Below the pieces are notes generated by a model. That model did not search any database. It saw nothing but the letters and a program-made list of their open reading frames with translations, and was not told the origin of the DNA. DNA of 64,000 bases, taken from IMG/VR virus record IMGVR_UViG_3300009128_000001; one strand, 5' to 3'. The stretch comes from an uncultured virus (IMG/VR IMGVR_UViG_3300009128_000001). Taxonomy: Duplodnaviria > Heunggongvirae > Uroviricota > Caudoviricetes. This document shows, piece by piece, positions 16,531-25,493 of this stretch; position 1 is the stretch's first letter; each line of letters opens with the position of its first letter. The position numbers and the translations under genes were made by a program.

Positions 16531-18856
16531 TAAAAGCGATAGCCGCTTCCTTAGTCATTTCAGGCTGTTTGTACATCTCTTCTTTTAGAGCGCGTACCAC
16601 CTGACCAACATGTTTGCCCTCAGTTAATCCTAGGATATTCATGATTTCTCGACCATCTATTGGTGCTTTTACATTCTTTTTGCCACCAGTCATTTTCAGA
16701 TAGTCATTAATCACATTTACAAATACATCATATTTTTTAAGTTCATCCGGATCTTTTTTGGATTTACCCATTGCATCACTCTTAGAGATTTCAATTAGAC
16801 TCGGCCAATCTTTTTCTCCTACTTTGTCCAATAATTTTCTAAGAGCCTCGGGCCTAGTATTGGCGGCATAATTGTGTAACCTCATATGATATCTTATAAG
16901 ATTAACAACACGCTCTCTAATTCTGTTTGGCGCTTTTAGGTCTTTTAATATTTCATCCGCCATTAGAGCCGAAGAATGATGATGGTCATGATATGTGCTA
17001 TGTCCCTTTTTGGGGTGTATTTGTTTTGATCTCGGATCTCCCTTTCCAATATCATGAAGTAACATAGCCAAATTTCTCACCAGCTCGTCATCTTCTTTTC
17101 TACCATTAGCCTCAGGATGATCCGACAATTCGTTTAAATACTTGAGTGACGCCAAGGTGTGTCCCCAAATATTCATATCATGGTATGGATTATTTTGATC
17201 CATCTCCCAAGAAGTAAATCCCTCTTCCCACTTTAATGGTTTACGAGACTTTCTTTTACTCTTTAGTTGTCTTTCTACCGCCCGATCAAGTTGATCCTTG
17301 GTTGGCTTTAGCAACAAATCTCTCAACCCTAATTTTTGTAATAATTCCGCCGCCTTGTGGAAGTTTGGGCCAATCATAAATCCGCGTTTCCAGCCATCTT
17401 TTTCTTCTTGCCCGGCCAGCTCTGTCCAAATTCTTTCTTTGGTAATTTTGTTTTCTAGCGCTTTTTGGACAATGGGATTTTTAGCGGCCTCAATAGCTGC
17501 CGGATCTAATTCAAGATCATATTTGGCGGCAAAACGAATAAGCCTCAAAATTCTTAAAGGATCATCTAGATAAGTTTGCAGAGGATCGATGGGAGTTCTG
17601 GCGCCTCTTTTTTTAATATCTTCAATGCCACCCACATAATCTTCAATTTGGCCGGTGTTGATATTATAAAACAAACTATTGATTGTCAGATCTCTTCGCT
17701 TAGCATCTTCTTCCGGCAAAACGCCTACTACAATTTTTGGATTTCTAGATTTGCTATCATAAACCTCGGTCCTTAATTGCGCAAAATCAATGTGAAAACC
17801 AAGAACAGGCAACATTGCGGATTCCATATGCTTATTTGCTTCAACATTAGCGTCCACAATAGTAACTTCATCGGCGGTTGTATATCCATTTTCTTTCATC
17901 CACTTTAACGCCAACTCAGCAAATTTCTTTCCGCTAATATTATCTGTCACAACATCAATATCATGAGATGGCCTGACCATTAATTTATCTCGAACCCAAC
18001 CGCCAGCCACTCTTAAATTAGTAGTAGGAGCTTTGTCCTCAACTACTTTTAATAATAGGTTAAAGACATCTTTCTCCTTATCTGTCAGTTTGAAATCCAT
18101 ATCTAATTCTGCGGCAATTTTTTTAATAGCAACAGCTCGATATTGTTTATTCAATTGCGATTTTGAGAATTTTTCAAAAATATTATACATTTTTTTAATA
18201 GATTCTGCGGCCTTAGATAATGAGCCTACCGGCCTTCCAATTATACTATGCGGATCTATATATTTACTAGCCCTAAACCTTCCGTTATCATCAAGCTTGC
18301 CTAGTGAGGTTTCCCAATGCAAATGATCACTGGTAGCATTCCCTGTCTGACCAACGGTACCAATTACTGTGGTGGGTCCAACTTCTTGACCTGGAGATAC
18401 ACTTACGGAATGCATATGGGCATAATACGAACCTACCCTGCCATTTTCATGAACTATTTTTACTGTTTTCCCGCCTTTAGAATATATTGGCGTACTAATA
18501 ACCACACCTGGGCCCATTGGATAAATTGGCGTGCCTTGTGGCGCATTTAAATCCATACCATTATGACCATGAGGATGTCCTTTGTTTATATATTTGCCAG
18601 GAATAAATGTGCCAACAATCCAAGGTTTTTGCCCCTCTTCTAATTCGGCATATTCCGCTGCATGTACTGGGCCTCCAATTCTTGTTATTTGGACGGGCCA
18701 TTGATATGTTCCCCCTTCAGTAGGAGTTGTGGGCTCTAGTGGTTCGCCCTCATCGTCTAATACGGCCGGACCAATATCAATAGATACAGGTTTATCCAAT
18801 AATTTGCTCATTGCGCCAGAGAACTCGCGCGAAAATTCATTGCTTCTTTTTTTCAT
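16508..18856 (-). CDS. cca: M23 peptidase fused to class II CCA-adding tRNA nucleotidyltransferase with HD domain
   Basis: M23: HNGMDL, YYAHM, HLHWE; CCA: VAGGWVRD, DIDV, RTEVY, EEDAKRRDLTINSLFYN, DDPLRILR; HD: H...LLHDIGK...H...D. Confidence 0.9.
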   Translation of the reverse strand: MKKRSNEFSREFSGAMSKLLDKPVSIDIGPAVLDDEGEPLEPTTPTEGGTYQWPVQITRIGGPVHAAEYAELEEGQKPWIVGTFIPGKYINKGHPHGHNGMDLNAPQGTPIYPMGPGVVISTPIYSKGGKTVKIVHENGRVGSYYAHMHSVSVSPGQEVGPTTVIGTVGQTGNATSDHLHWETSLGKLDDNGRFRASKYIDPHSIIGRPVGSLSKAAESIKKMYNIFEKFSKSQLNKQYRAVAIKKIAAELDMDFKLTDKEKDVFNLLLKVVEDKAPTTNLRVAGGWVRDKLMVRPSHDIDVVTDNISGKKFAELALKWMKENGYTTADEVTIVDANVEANKHMESAMLPVLGFHIDFAQLRTEVYDSKSRNPKIVVGVLPEEDAKRRDLTINSLFYNINTGQIEDYVGGIEDIKKRGARTPIDPLQTYLDDPLRILRLIRFAAKYDLELDPAAIEAAKNPIVQKALENKITKERIWTELAGQEEKDGWKRGFMIGPNFHKAAELLQKLGLRDLLLKPTKDQLDRAVERQLKSKRKSRKPLKWEEGFTSWEMDQNNPYHDMNIWGHTLASLKYLNELSDHPEANGRKEDDELVRNLAMLLHDIGKGDPRSKQIHPKKGHSTYHDHHHSSALMADEILKDLKAPNRIRERVVNLIRYHMRLHNYAANTRPEALRKLLDKVGEKDWPSLIEISKSDAMGKSKKDPDELKKYDVFVNVINDYLKMTGGKKNVKAPIDGREIMNILGLTEGKHVGQVVRALKEEMYKQPEMTKEAAIAFIKTVSVD

Positions 18857-18941
18857 GGTATTAAATAATTTAGGATATATACAATTATGCGTTTAAAGTG
18901 ATATAACACAAACAGTTCGAGCTTGTGCCTCTCGATACGAT

Positions 18942-18970
18942 AATATAAATACTAATTCGATTTTTGTCAA
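18942..18970 (-). promoter_or_regulatory. sigma70-like promoter upstream of M23-CCA gene
   Basis: TTGACA (18965-18970)-17 nt-TATATT (18942-18947), same boxes as the PARP promoter. Confidence 0.55.
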
Positions 18971-18980
18971 GAGTTTTATT

Positions 18981-19208
18981 ATGGAAAAACAAAAACAATA
19001 TTATACTGTAAAAGTTGAAGCTACCGCACCCATTGAACTAACTTATCGAGTATGGGCAGAAGATCCAGAAGAGGCTCTGGAAATATTCGAAACATCCTCT
19101 TTTTATTCTCCTCCCAGACCAATTTTGTCGAGGATGAGAAAGATCAAGGCAACGGTTTATCGGTCTGGAACCACAATTATAGAGACGATCAAAAACTTTA
19201 GAGGTTAA
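18981..19208 (+). CDS. hypothetical protein
   Basis: 75-aa ORF; WAEDPEEALE pattern common in small phage proteins. Confidence 0.6.
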   Translation: MEKQKQYYTVKVEATAPIELTYRVWAEDPEEALEIFETSSFYSPPRPILSRMRKIKATVYRSGTTIIETIKNFRG

Positions 19209-19211
19209 ATA

Positions 19212-19637
19212 ATGAAAAAAATTACATTAGGGATTATGGCCGGAATTATTGGTATATGCGCAACATATTTTATATCATGTAGTAGCGGAGAAACGAGTAC
19301 ACATCCGCCATCGCCAGTAGATTGGACAACCAACACTGATACAGATGATAACTGTCCTGTATGTCCAGATTATCCAATTACAGAAATAGATACCACAGGT
19401 TCTGGAGGAGCCGGAGGAAATTCTGGATCTGGCGGACAAGATGGAAGTGCTGGAGCTGGGGGAGATGGGATGAAGTGCAATGAGGAGCCAACTAAATATC
19501 AATGTAAACATTGTTGTAAAGAAGAGAAATGGATCTGCATAAAAGAATGCGACTATTTTTGCGAGAACCCTAAATACAAAGGCTGCATTAAGCAGTGCGT
19601 ATTAGATTATTGGAAGTGCAAGAAAACTTGTAAATAA
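19212..19637 (+). CDS. Cys-rich lipoprotein with GGAGG linker
   Basis: Signal peptide ending FISC, GSGGAGGNSGSGG linker, CxxxC-rich tail. Confidence 0.7.
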   Translation: MKKITLGIMAGIIGICATYFISCSSGETSTHPPSPVDWTTNTDTDDNCPVCPDYPITEIDTTGSGGAGGNSGSGGQDGSAGAGGDGMKCNEEPTKYQCKHCCKEEKWICIKECDYFCENPKYKGCIKQCVLDYWKCKKTCK

Positions 19638-19655
19638 AAGGAAAGTCAAATAGTT

Positions 19656-20234
19656 ATGGAATATTATATTATCGATACAGAAACTACCGGACTAAAAGCC
19701 GGCCATCATGAAATTACGGATATTTCAATTGTTAGATGTACAGATCGTGCACAACTAACCAAAAAAATCAAAATAGATCACCCAGACCGGGTTTCTATGC
19801 AAGCCCTTGAAGTTACTGGGAGAAATTACGAAGACATTCTAGGCGGTGAAGACAAGTTTGAGGTAGTAGAAAGGTGTGAAGAATTTTGGCGCGAGGACGG
19901 ATTAACCCCAGAACACAGATGTATGGTAGCTCATAACGCCCCGTTTGACAAGCGATTTTGCCATGCATTATGGGAAGATGTTGGTAAGGAATTTCCGGTA
20001 GTATGTTGGATGGATACTATTAAATTCGCGAAAACGTGGGCTAAAGAAATTGGAGTATACCAAAAAAGCTTTAAATTAGAGCTTGCATTAAAGTTTGCCG
20101 GAATAAGTGAATTACCTGGGGCACATACAGCTGCCGGGGATGCTAGAAATACTTATTTATTATGGAAGAAAGGTATGGATAACGGTGTAGATCACTTGCC
20201 AGCAATTCAAAGATATCCGCATATAATCAAATGA
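19656..20234 (+). CDS. DEDDh 3'-5' exonuclease (DnaQ-like)
   Basis: IDTETTGL, VAHNAPFD, AHTAAGD. Confidence 0.9.
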   Translation: MEYYIIDTETTGLKAGHHEITDISIVRCTDRAQLTKKIKIDHPDRVSMQALEVTGRNYEDILGGEDKFEVVERCEEFWREDGLTPEHRCMVAHNAPFDKRFCHALWEDVGKEFPVVCWMDTIKFAKTWAKEIGVYQKSFKLELALKFAGISELPGAHTAAGDARNTYLLWKKGMDNGVDHLPAIQRYPHIIK

Positions 20235-20770
20235 GCCTAGAATTATCCATAGGCAACATAATCAAGGCGGGAACGCCAGAATTACCCGATAAAAATCTGG
20301 CGCCAAATATCTCAGAAAAAGATGTTGACAAAACAATTCAAATTATCCTACAATGTGCGAGAGAAAATCCTGACTGGCTATTAACCGAAGCAATTTTATC
20401 TCCAAATTCACCTATGATACCGTTTGTAATGGCAGCATTATTTTCTAAGGTTGACAGTTCTTACTTTGATGATTATAATTGTATGGAGTTGATCAACATA
20501 ATTTTTGGAACCCAGGACGCTCAAAAATTATTAGAATTTGTGGAATATTTAAAAAGCGGTTCTTTTGGCAAGAAATTAGGATCTAGGCCTCAAAAGATTG
20601 TAAAAAGGATAATGGAATCTTGGGACGATACCACTCTAGAAAGACATATCAGAAGGCAACCAAATTCGTTTTATGGGCTTCTTCGAGTGGTACACCCTAA
20701 GTATACTGGCAACCGTGGAAATTTAATTAGAGAGCTGATTAAGCGCCGCAAACAGCAAGGTACGAAATGA
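20231..20770 (+). CDS. truncated TROVE/Ro60-like protein
   Basis: FVEYLKSG.FGKKLGSRPQKIV...W...LLRVVHPK matches the core of bacterial TROVE proteins; no vWA domain. Confidence 0.55.
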   Translation: MSLELSIGNIIKAGTPELPDKNLAPNISEKDVDKTIQIILQCARENPDWLLTEAILSPNSPMIPFVMAALFSKVDSSYFDDYNCMELINIIFGTQDAQKLLEFVEYLKSGSFGKKLGSRPQKIVKRIMESWDDTTLERHIRRQPNSFYGLLRVVHPKYTGNRGNLIRELIKRRKQQGTK

Positions 20771-20838
20771 GGTAAGTTTTAGCGCATATAAAACAATATA
20801 TGACCTACGAAATGTGCATAATTTTGTATGTCATTATT

Positions 20839-21444
20839 ATGGAACAAAAAATAGATAGAAAATGCAAAGAATGTACAAATATACTTACCGAAACCCAAAA
20901 ACAATTCTGTTCTAATACATGTGCGCAAAGATCTTGTAGAAAAAGAAAAAAACAAAAGAGCCTTTGTTGGCAATGTTCGGAACCTATTAGTGAGGGCTCC
21001 TATTGCAAGAAATGTTTAGACAACTATAGAGAAATTAATAAGAAATGTTTTTCTAAAAATTATCGCAAAAGAAACAGATATCTAGATCAAAGTAAAACAC
21101 TTATAACATCAGCTAAAAACCGGGCAAAAAAAAGAAACCTAGAATTTAGTATAACAGAAAATGATATTAAGCCACTACCACAGATTTGCCCTGTGTTTGG
21201 AATTCCGCTGCAAAGAGGAATTGGAAGGCCTCACGACAACTCATTAACTGTAGATCGTATAGACAACAAATATGGATACACAAAAGAAAATGTTGCTATA
21301 ATATCATACAGGGCTAATTGTCTAAAAAGAGATGCATCGCTAGAAGAGTTGATTAGGTTAGTCGAATATGTTGCCACCCACAAATACAAAAAAGAAATGA
21401 AGTGTGTATTAGGGGAAAAAGAGGATAAGCATGATAACATATGA
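20839..21444 (+). CDS. HNH-type (His-Me finger) endonuclease
   Basis: N-terminal Zn fingers; AKNRAKK..LEF.IT, CPVFG, TVDRIDN..GY...NV..IS..AN..K. Confidence 0.8.
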   Translation: MEQKIDRKCKECTNILTETQKQFCSNTCAQRSCRKRKKQKSLCWQCSEPISEGSYCKKCLDNYREINKKCFSKNYRKRNRYLDQSKTLITSAKNRAKKRNLEFSITENDIKPLPQICPVFGIPLQRGIGRPHDNSLTVDRIDNKYGYTKENVAIISYRANCLKRDASLEELIRLVEYVATHKYKKEMKCVLGEKEDKHDNI

Positions 21445-21616
21445 ATATAAGTGTTCCTCCTGTAAACATGAGTGGGAGGTGGAGCAACGGATCATAGATA
21501 AAAAAATCACAAAATGCCCCAAATGCAAGAAAAAAACAGCGCAAAGACTAATATCGTGCGGAAATTTCATATTAAAAGGTGGAGGATGGGCTAAAGAAGG
21601 ATATAGCTCAAAATAA
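21431..21616 (+). CDS. FmdB-family zinc-ribbon protein
   Basis: YEYKC..C.HE.E, CPKC, RLIS...F.LKG.GW...GY. Confidence 0.85.
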   Translation: MITYEYKCSSCKHEWEVEQRIIDKKITKCPKCKKKTAQRLISCGNFILKGGGWAKEGYSSK

Positions 21617-21618
21617 AA

Positions 21619-22503
21619 ATGATTGTACAATTGGAGAAAACAGCAGATCATATTTCAGATTGGATCAAAGAATACGCAGATAATGCCGGAATCAAATCAT
21701 TAATTGTGGGATTATCGGGTGGTATTGATTCAGCGTTAGTGGCCTTATTATGTAAACAAACACTTATTCCAACAATTTGTGTCGGTTTGCCATGTGATTC
21801 ATCATCTGTAGCTAGTAATGCAGATGCTTTTGCTAAAGATTTTGGATTAAAATACCTAAAAATAGATTTAGAAAATACATTTGCTACTCTTATGGGAAGA
21901 ATTATTGACGTCACAAAAAATGAGCCCCATAAAATACAGAACAATTTATTTGAAAAAGTATCCGCCGGAACACTCAGATCTTGCTTAAGAACTCCGGTGT
22001 TATCATATCTAGCTCATCTTTACAAGGGCATTATAGTTGGCACAGGAAATCGCTGTGAGGACAATTTAGTTAGATATTACAATAAATTTGGCGATGGCTG
22101 TGTTGATATATCGCCCATCGGAGATTTATATAAAAGCGAAGTATATGAATTGTTTGAGTTTTTAGCCGCAGACGAAGATTATAATATTCCTGACAGCGCT
22201 AAAGCTATTATCGACACCGCTCCAACGGCTGATTTGTGGGGGCCAGATGCAAACCAAACAGACGAAGAAGAGATGGGCTTGACATACGATGAAATAGAAT
22301 GGGCTGATAGGGAAGACGAAATATACGGAATTATTAAAAGCAATATTGAGCCAACAAAAGATCCTGAATGGTTAAGATATACAGGAAGGCAAAGGCAAAT
22401 AATAGCGCTTATACACCAAATGGAAAAAATAACCAGACATAAACACAACCCAGCGCTTCCTGTATGTATGATTGATGGAAGGGCGGGATTAGTAAGACGA
22501 TAA
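21619..22503 (+). CDS. nadE: NH3-dependent NAD+ synthetase
   Basis: VGLSGGIDSA, GTGN..E, KFGDG..DI.PIGDLYKSEV, PTADLW...QTDEEEMG.TY, HK. Confidence 0.92.
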   Translation: MIVQLEKTADHISDWIKEYADNAGIKSLIVGLSGGIDSALVALLCKQTLIPTICVGLPCDSSSVASNADAFAKDFGLKYLKIDLENTFATLMGRIIDVTKNEPHKIQNNLFEKVSAGTLRSCLRTPVLSYLAHLYKGIIVGTGNRCEDNLVRYYNKFGDGCVDISPIGDLYKSEVYELFEFLAADEDYNIPDSAKAIIDTAPTADLWGPDANQTDEEEMGLTYDEIEWADREDEIYGIIKSNIEPTKDPEWLRYTGRQRQIIALIHQMEKITRHKHNPALPVCMIDGRAGLVRR

Positions 22504-22505
22504 AA

Positions 22506-23123
22506 ATGCCTCAAAAAATAAACAAACAACAAGCGCTAGCAAGTGTTGCAGCATTTTTGCCAGACGCACCAGAAATCAAAGATATTATTGAAATTTGCGA
22601 TTTATATCCCACAAAATCCTGGAGACAATGGACCGATCATTTAGGAAATCATATTAAAATAACAAATAATAAAAAGATAGTATCAACCGAAAATGTGACA
22701 AAAAACAATGAGGAGCATATTATCACTGACATTTATTTTAATTCTCCTCCAGATAAAATTTCACAGATGAGCGATTGGGCATTTATATCATTTGGACGAG
22801 ATAATGATAATCAATTTAATATCTGTTTTATGTGGTTTTTAGGGATAGATGGGCGCCTAAGATTATTATCTGTTTTGAAAGATTCTTGGAATAAAAATCA
22901 AGCCCCACTAATTTGCGGGATCAATACATTACGGCCAATTGTAAAAAATATAAATATCGAAAATTACAAAGCTGTTGATATATTAAGGATAAAAGGTCCT
23001 ATTGCCGCTAAAGTTACAAAATCCTGGGCAACAAAATGGCCTCCTAGTGATGAATTAAAAAAGAAAATGAGATCTTACAGCAAATCACTGACGGATAAAA
23101 TAATAAAAGATTGTAAGATATAA
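22506..23123 (+). CDS. hypothetical protein
   Basis: 205-aa ORF between nadE and macrodomain gene. Confidence 0.65.
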   Translation: MPQKINKQQALASVAAFLPDAPEIKDIIEICDLYPTKSWRQWTDHLGNHIKITNNKKIVSTENVTKNNEEHIITDIYFNSPPDKISQMSDWAFISFGRDNDNQFNICFMWFLGIDGRLRLLSVLKDSWNKNQAPLICGINTLRPIVKNINIENYKAVDILRIKGPIAAKVTKSWATKWPPSDELKKKMRSYSKSLTDKIIKDCKI

Positions 23124-23135
23124 CCGGAGACAATA

Positions 23136-23636
23136 ATGCAACAACCAAATTTTTTTGCGGGACATTTAAGGTACAAAACCGGAGATGCCACCATTCCATT
23201 TTCAGCTGGACACAGGATAATCATTCAAGTATGTAATGATGTAGGCGCATATGGAGCTGGTTTTAGTGGGGCTGTAGCTAAGAGATGGCCAAAAGTAGAG
23301 GAAGAATATCGCAGATGGTGTAGGTCACAACACAAATTTGTACTTGGAGAGATTCAGGTAATTAATGTACAATCTGATACTACAATAGTCAATATGATCG
23401 CACAACAAGGAATAAAAAAAGCTAAAACCAAAAAAGATCTTATGGATTATGCTGCGCTTGAAAAATGTTTAAACCAAATAATCCCGATTGCTAAAGACAA
23501 CGGCAGCAGTGTACATGGGCCAAGAATTGGTGCTGGGCTCTGCGGCTCTGATTGGAAAAAGATCGAGCCCGTAATAAACGACACACTAATAAAAAGCGGT
23601 ATAAATGTAACAATATACGATTTACCAAATGAATGA
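23136..23636 (+). CDS. macrodomain ADP-ribosylhydrolase (SCO6735/TARG1-like class)
   Basis: GDAT, VCND.G..G.GF..AV..RWP, VNMIAQ.G, SVH.PRIGAGL.G..W, V.IYD. Confidence 0.88.
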   Translation: MQQPNFFAGHLRYKTGDATIPFSAGHRIIIQVCNDVGAYGAGFSGAVAKRWPKVEEEYRRWCRSQHKFVLGEIQVINVQSDTTIVNMIAQQGIKKAKTKKDLMDYAALEKCLNQIIPIAKDNGSSVHGPRIGAGLCGSDWKKIEPVINDTLIKSGINVTIYDLPNE

Positions 23637-24087
23637 TTCGACAAACATAAATCTTAAACAATTATCTGACGCTTGGGTGGTGGTAACATATGCCATACTG
23701 GAATGTGTAAACCATCTTGTACCAAAATGTATGGAGCATATACATTATGGGCTTATGACGCATTTCGGGGAGGAAATCAAAGCACGCAACCTCCCAACAA
23801 TTACAGTAGATGACGACATTTTAGAAAAACCACCAGGATTACCATATGGATCTCCGATGATAGAGTGGGCAAAAAGCCAACCGCCTCCAGATGAATCATT
23901 TAGCATATACGATGAAGGAGATGACTATGTGAAATTTTGGTGGGCTTTGGCTGCAGAAGTAGAAGATTTTTCAAGTTTAGGCTGGGGAATAAGATATTAT
24001 GTAGATGAATTGTGGAGACAAGCTAATTTTATAATAAAAGACAGAAAAATAAAACGTGAGTTTTTCTGCGATCTAGAAAAAACATAG
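23629..24087 (+). CDS. hypothetical protein
   Basis: 152-aa ORF overlapping upstream stop. Confidence 0.55.
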   Translation: MNDSTNINLKQLSDAWVVVTYAILECVNHLVPKCMEHIHYGLMTHFGEEIKARNLPTITVDDDILEKPPGLPYGSPMIEWAKSQPPPDESFSIYDEGDDYVKFWWALAAEVEDFSSLGWGIRYYVDELWRQANFIIKDRKIKREFFCDLEKT

Positions 24088-24089
24088 GA

Positions 24090-24587
24090 ATGAAAAAAAT
24101 GACAGACAAACAAGAAATTCAAAATATAAATTGGCACAAACCTAATCGTCAAGAATATAGAGAAATGTTGCGCAAAGAGTCCGTAAAGAGACAAGAACAA
24201 CATGACGGCCTTAGCACGATGGAAAAAATTAAAAAATTAGACGATAGGCTCGGACCTAACGTTGGGGCTAAAAAAGAACGAGCCAAACTAAAAAAACAGC
24301 TAGAACAAGAAGAAGTCGTTAAAATAGCCGCTGAAGAGGAGTCTAAAAAAATCGGACAAAAAATCCAGAAAACTGCCAAAAAAACTGCGGCAAAGAAGAG
24401 CAAGCGAGCCGACAGAGAAAAAAAGAGAAATGCAAGAAAGTCCGGCGCTAGAAGGACAGAACAAAAAGCTCCAAAGAAACATAAAAAGGCCGAAAGAAAA
24501 GCGCCTCCCGAGCCGCCTGAGCCTGAGGAAGTAATGGTGAATACAAAATCAGGCTTTTCTATGGAAAATAAAAAACGACCTACTTAA
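24090..24587 (+). CDS. Lys/Arg-rich basic protein
   Basis: LD.RLG..VGAKKERAKL core followed by a basic low-complexity tail. Confidence 0.6.
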   Translation: MKKMTDKQEIQNINWHKPNRQEYREMLRKESVKRQEQHDGLSTMEKIKKLDDRLGPNVGAKKERAKLKKQLEQEEVVKIAAEEESKKIGQKIQKTAKKTAAKKSKRADREKKRNARKSGARRTEQKAPKKHKKAERKAPPEPPEPEEVMVNTKSGFSMENKKRPT

Positions 24588-25488
24588 ATAAATTCTTCAG
24601 GAATGATAATATTGTCATAATTAGAGCTAAAAACTTATTTATCTGCTTGTCTGGCTCTGTATTGTTATTATCTGGTAAGTCCGGTTCTGGTTTGGGATCG
24701 GGCTTTTCTATATCTGGGGCCGGAGGATCATCAATAACCGGCCCCTCTTGTTTTGACCACCGCTCACCCAAGAATTGCCATAACCTTTTACTTACATGCC
24801 AGGCAATATAAACGTGATCAGGACGATCATTACCACTATAATGTAATTGAATTAAATTCCCAGCGCTGTTGTGAGCTATTAATGGGTCTTTCTTCCATGT
24901 TTTGGATATTGGGGGTAAATTACCTGAGCCGCCCAGTGATATAGTAACTCCTTGTGGTGGCAACTTGGCATCCAAAATATAATCTGGTATTTCTGCAGCC
25001 TCTACGGGTTTAGTTTGTGCTGCCTCCGATTGATCAAAAATCCTGGTATTAGAGATTGTTGTACTAATAAATGGCGGTTTTATACTAGAATGCGCCATAG
25101 CCATAAAAGCATCCCCATTTGCCGCTCTAATTCCCAAATCCACCCAACAATCCAAAAGACTTGTATGGCATCCATCTAGAAGAAGATAAGCATCGAGACG
25201 ATCTCTTTCTTTCTTAAATTTTAATAGCTCGTCCGTAAATATCCAGCCAAGAGAAAAGGTTGTCAATCCCCGCCTTCCCACTTCCACATTTTTTAAAGTT
25301 GGGAAGTATTCTTTTAATGCTGCGGCAAAAGCATCTCCAGTTTTTGACCACTGTATCGCTTTCGGCCTAAATTGATTGGCCGGAACATTAATAATTAAAG
25401 GAGGATCGGTAAAGAAGCTTTCGGCCCAAGTATGACACGGAGCGGCGGCCGAACAACTATATACATTTATAATAACGTCTTTTTTCAT
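24580..25488 (-). CDS. alpha/beta-hydrolase-like protein with Pro/Asp linker and C-terminal amphipathic helix
   Basis: FSLG elbow, LLLDGCH, late DH; tail KFLALIMTILSFLKNLFK. Confidence 0.5.
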   Translation of the reverse strand: MKKDVIINVYSCSAAAPCHTWAESFFTDPPLIINVPANQFRPKAIQWSKTGDAFAAALKEYFPTLKNVEVGRRGLTTFSLGWIFTDELLKFKKERDRLDAYLLLDGCHTSLLDCWVDLGIRAANGDAFMAMAHSSIKPPFISTTISNTRIFDQSEAAQTKPVEAAEIPDYILDAKLPPQGVTISLGGSGNLPPISKTWKKDPLIAHNSAGNLIQLHYSGNDRPDHVYIAWHVSKRLWQFLGERWSKQEGPVIDDPPAPDIEKPDPKPEPDLPDNNNTEPDKQINKFLALIMTILSFLKNLFK

Positions 25489-25493
25489 GCTAC

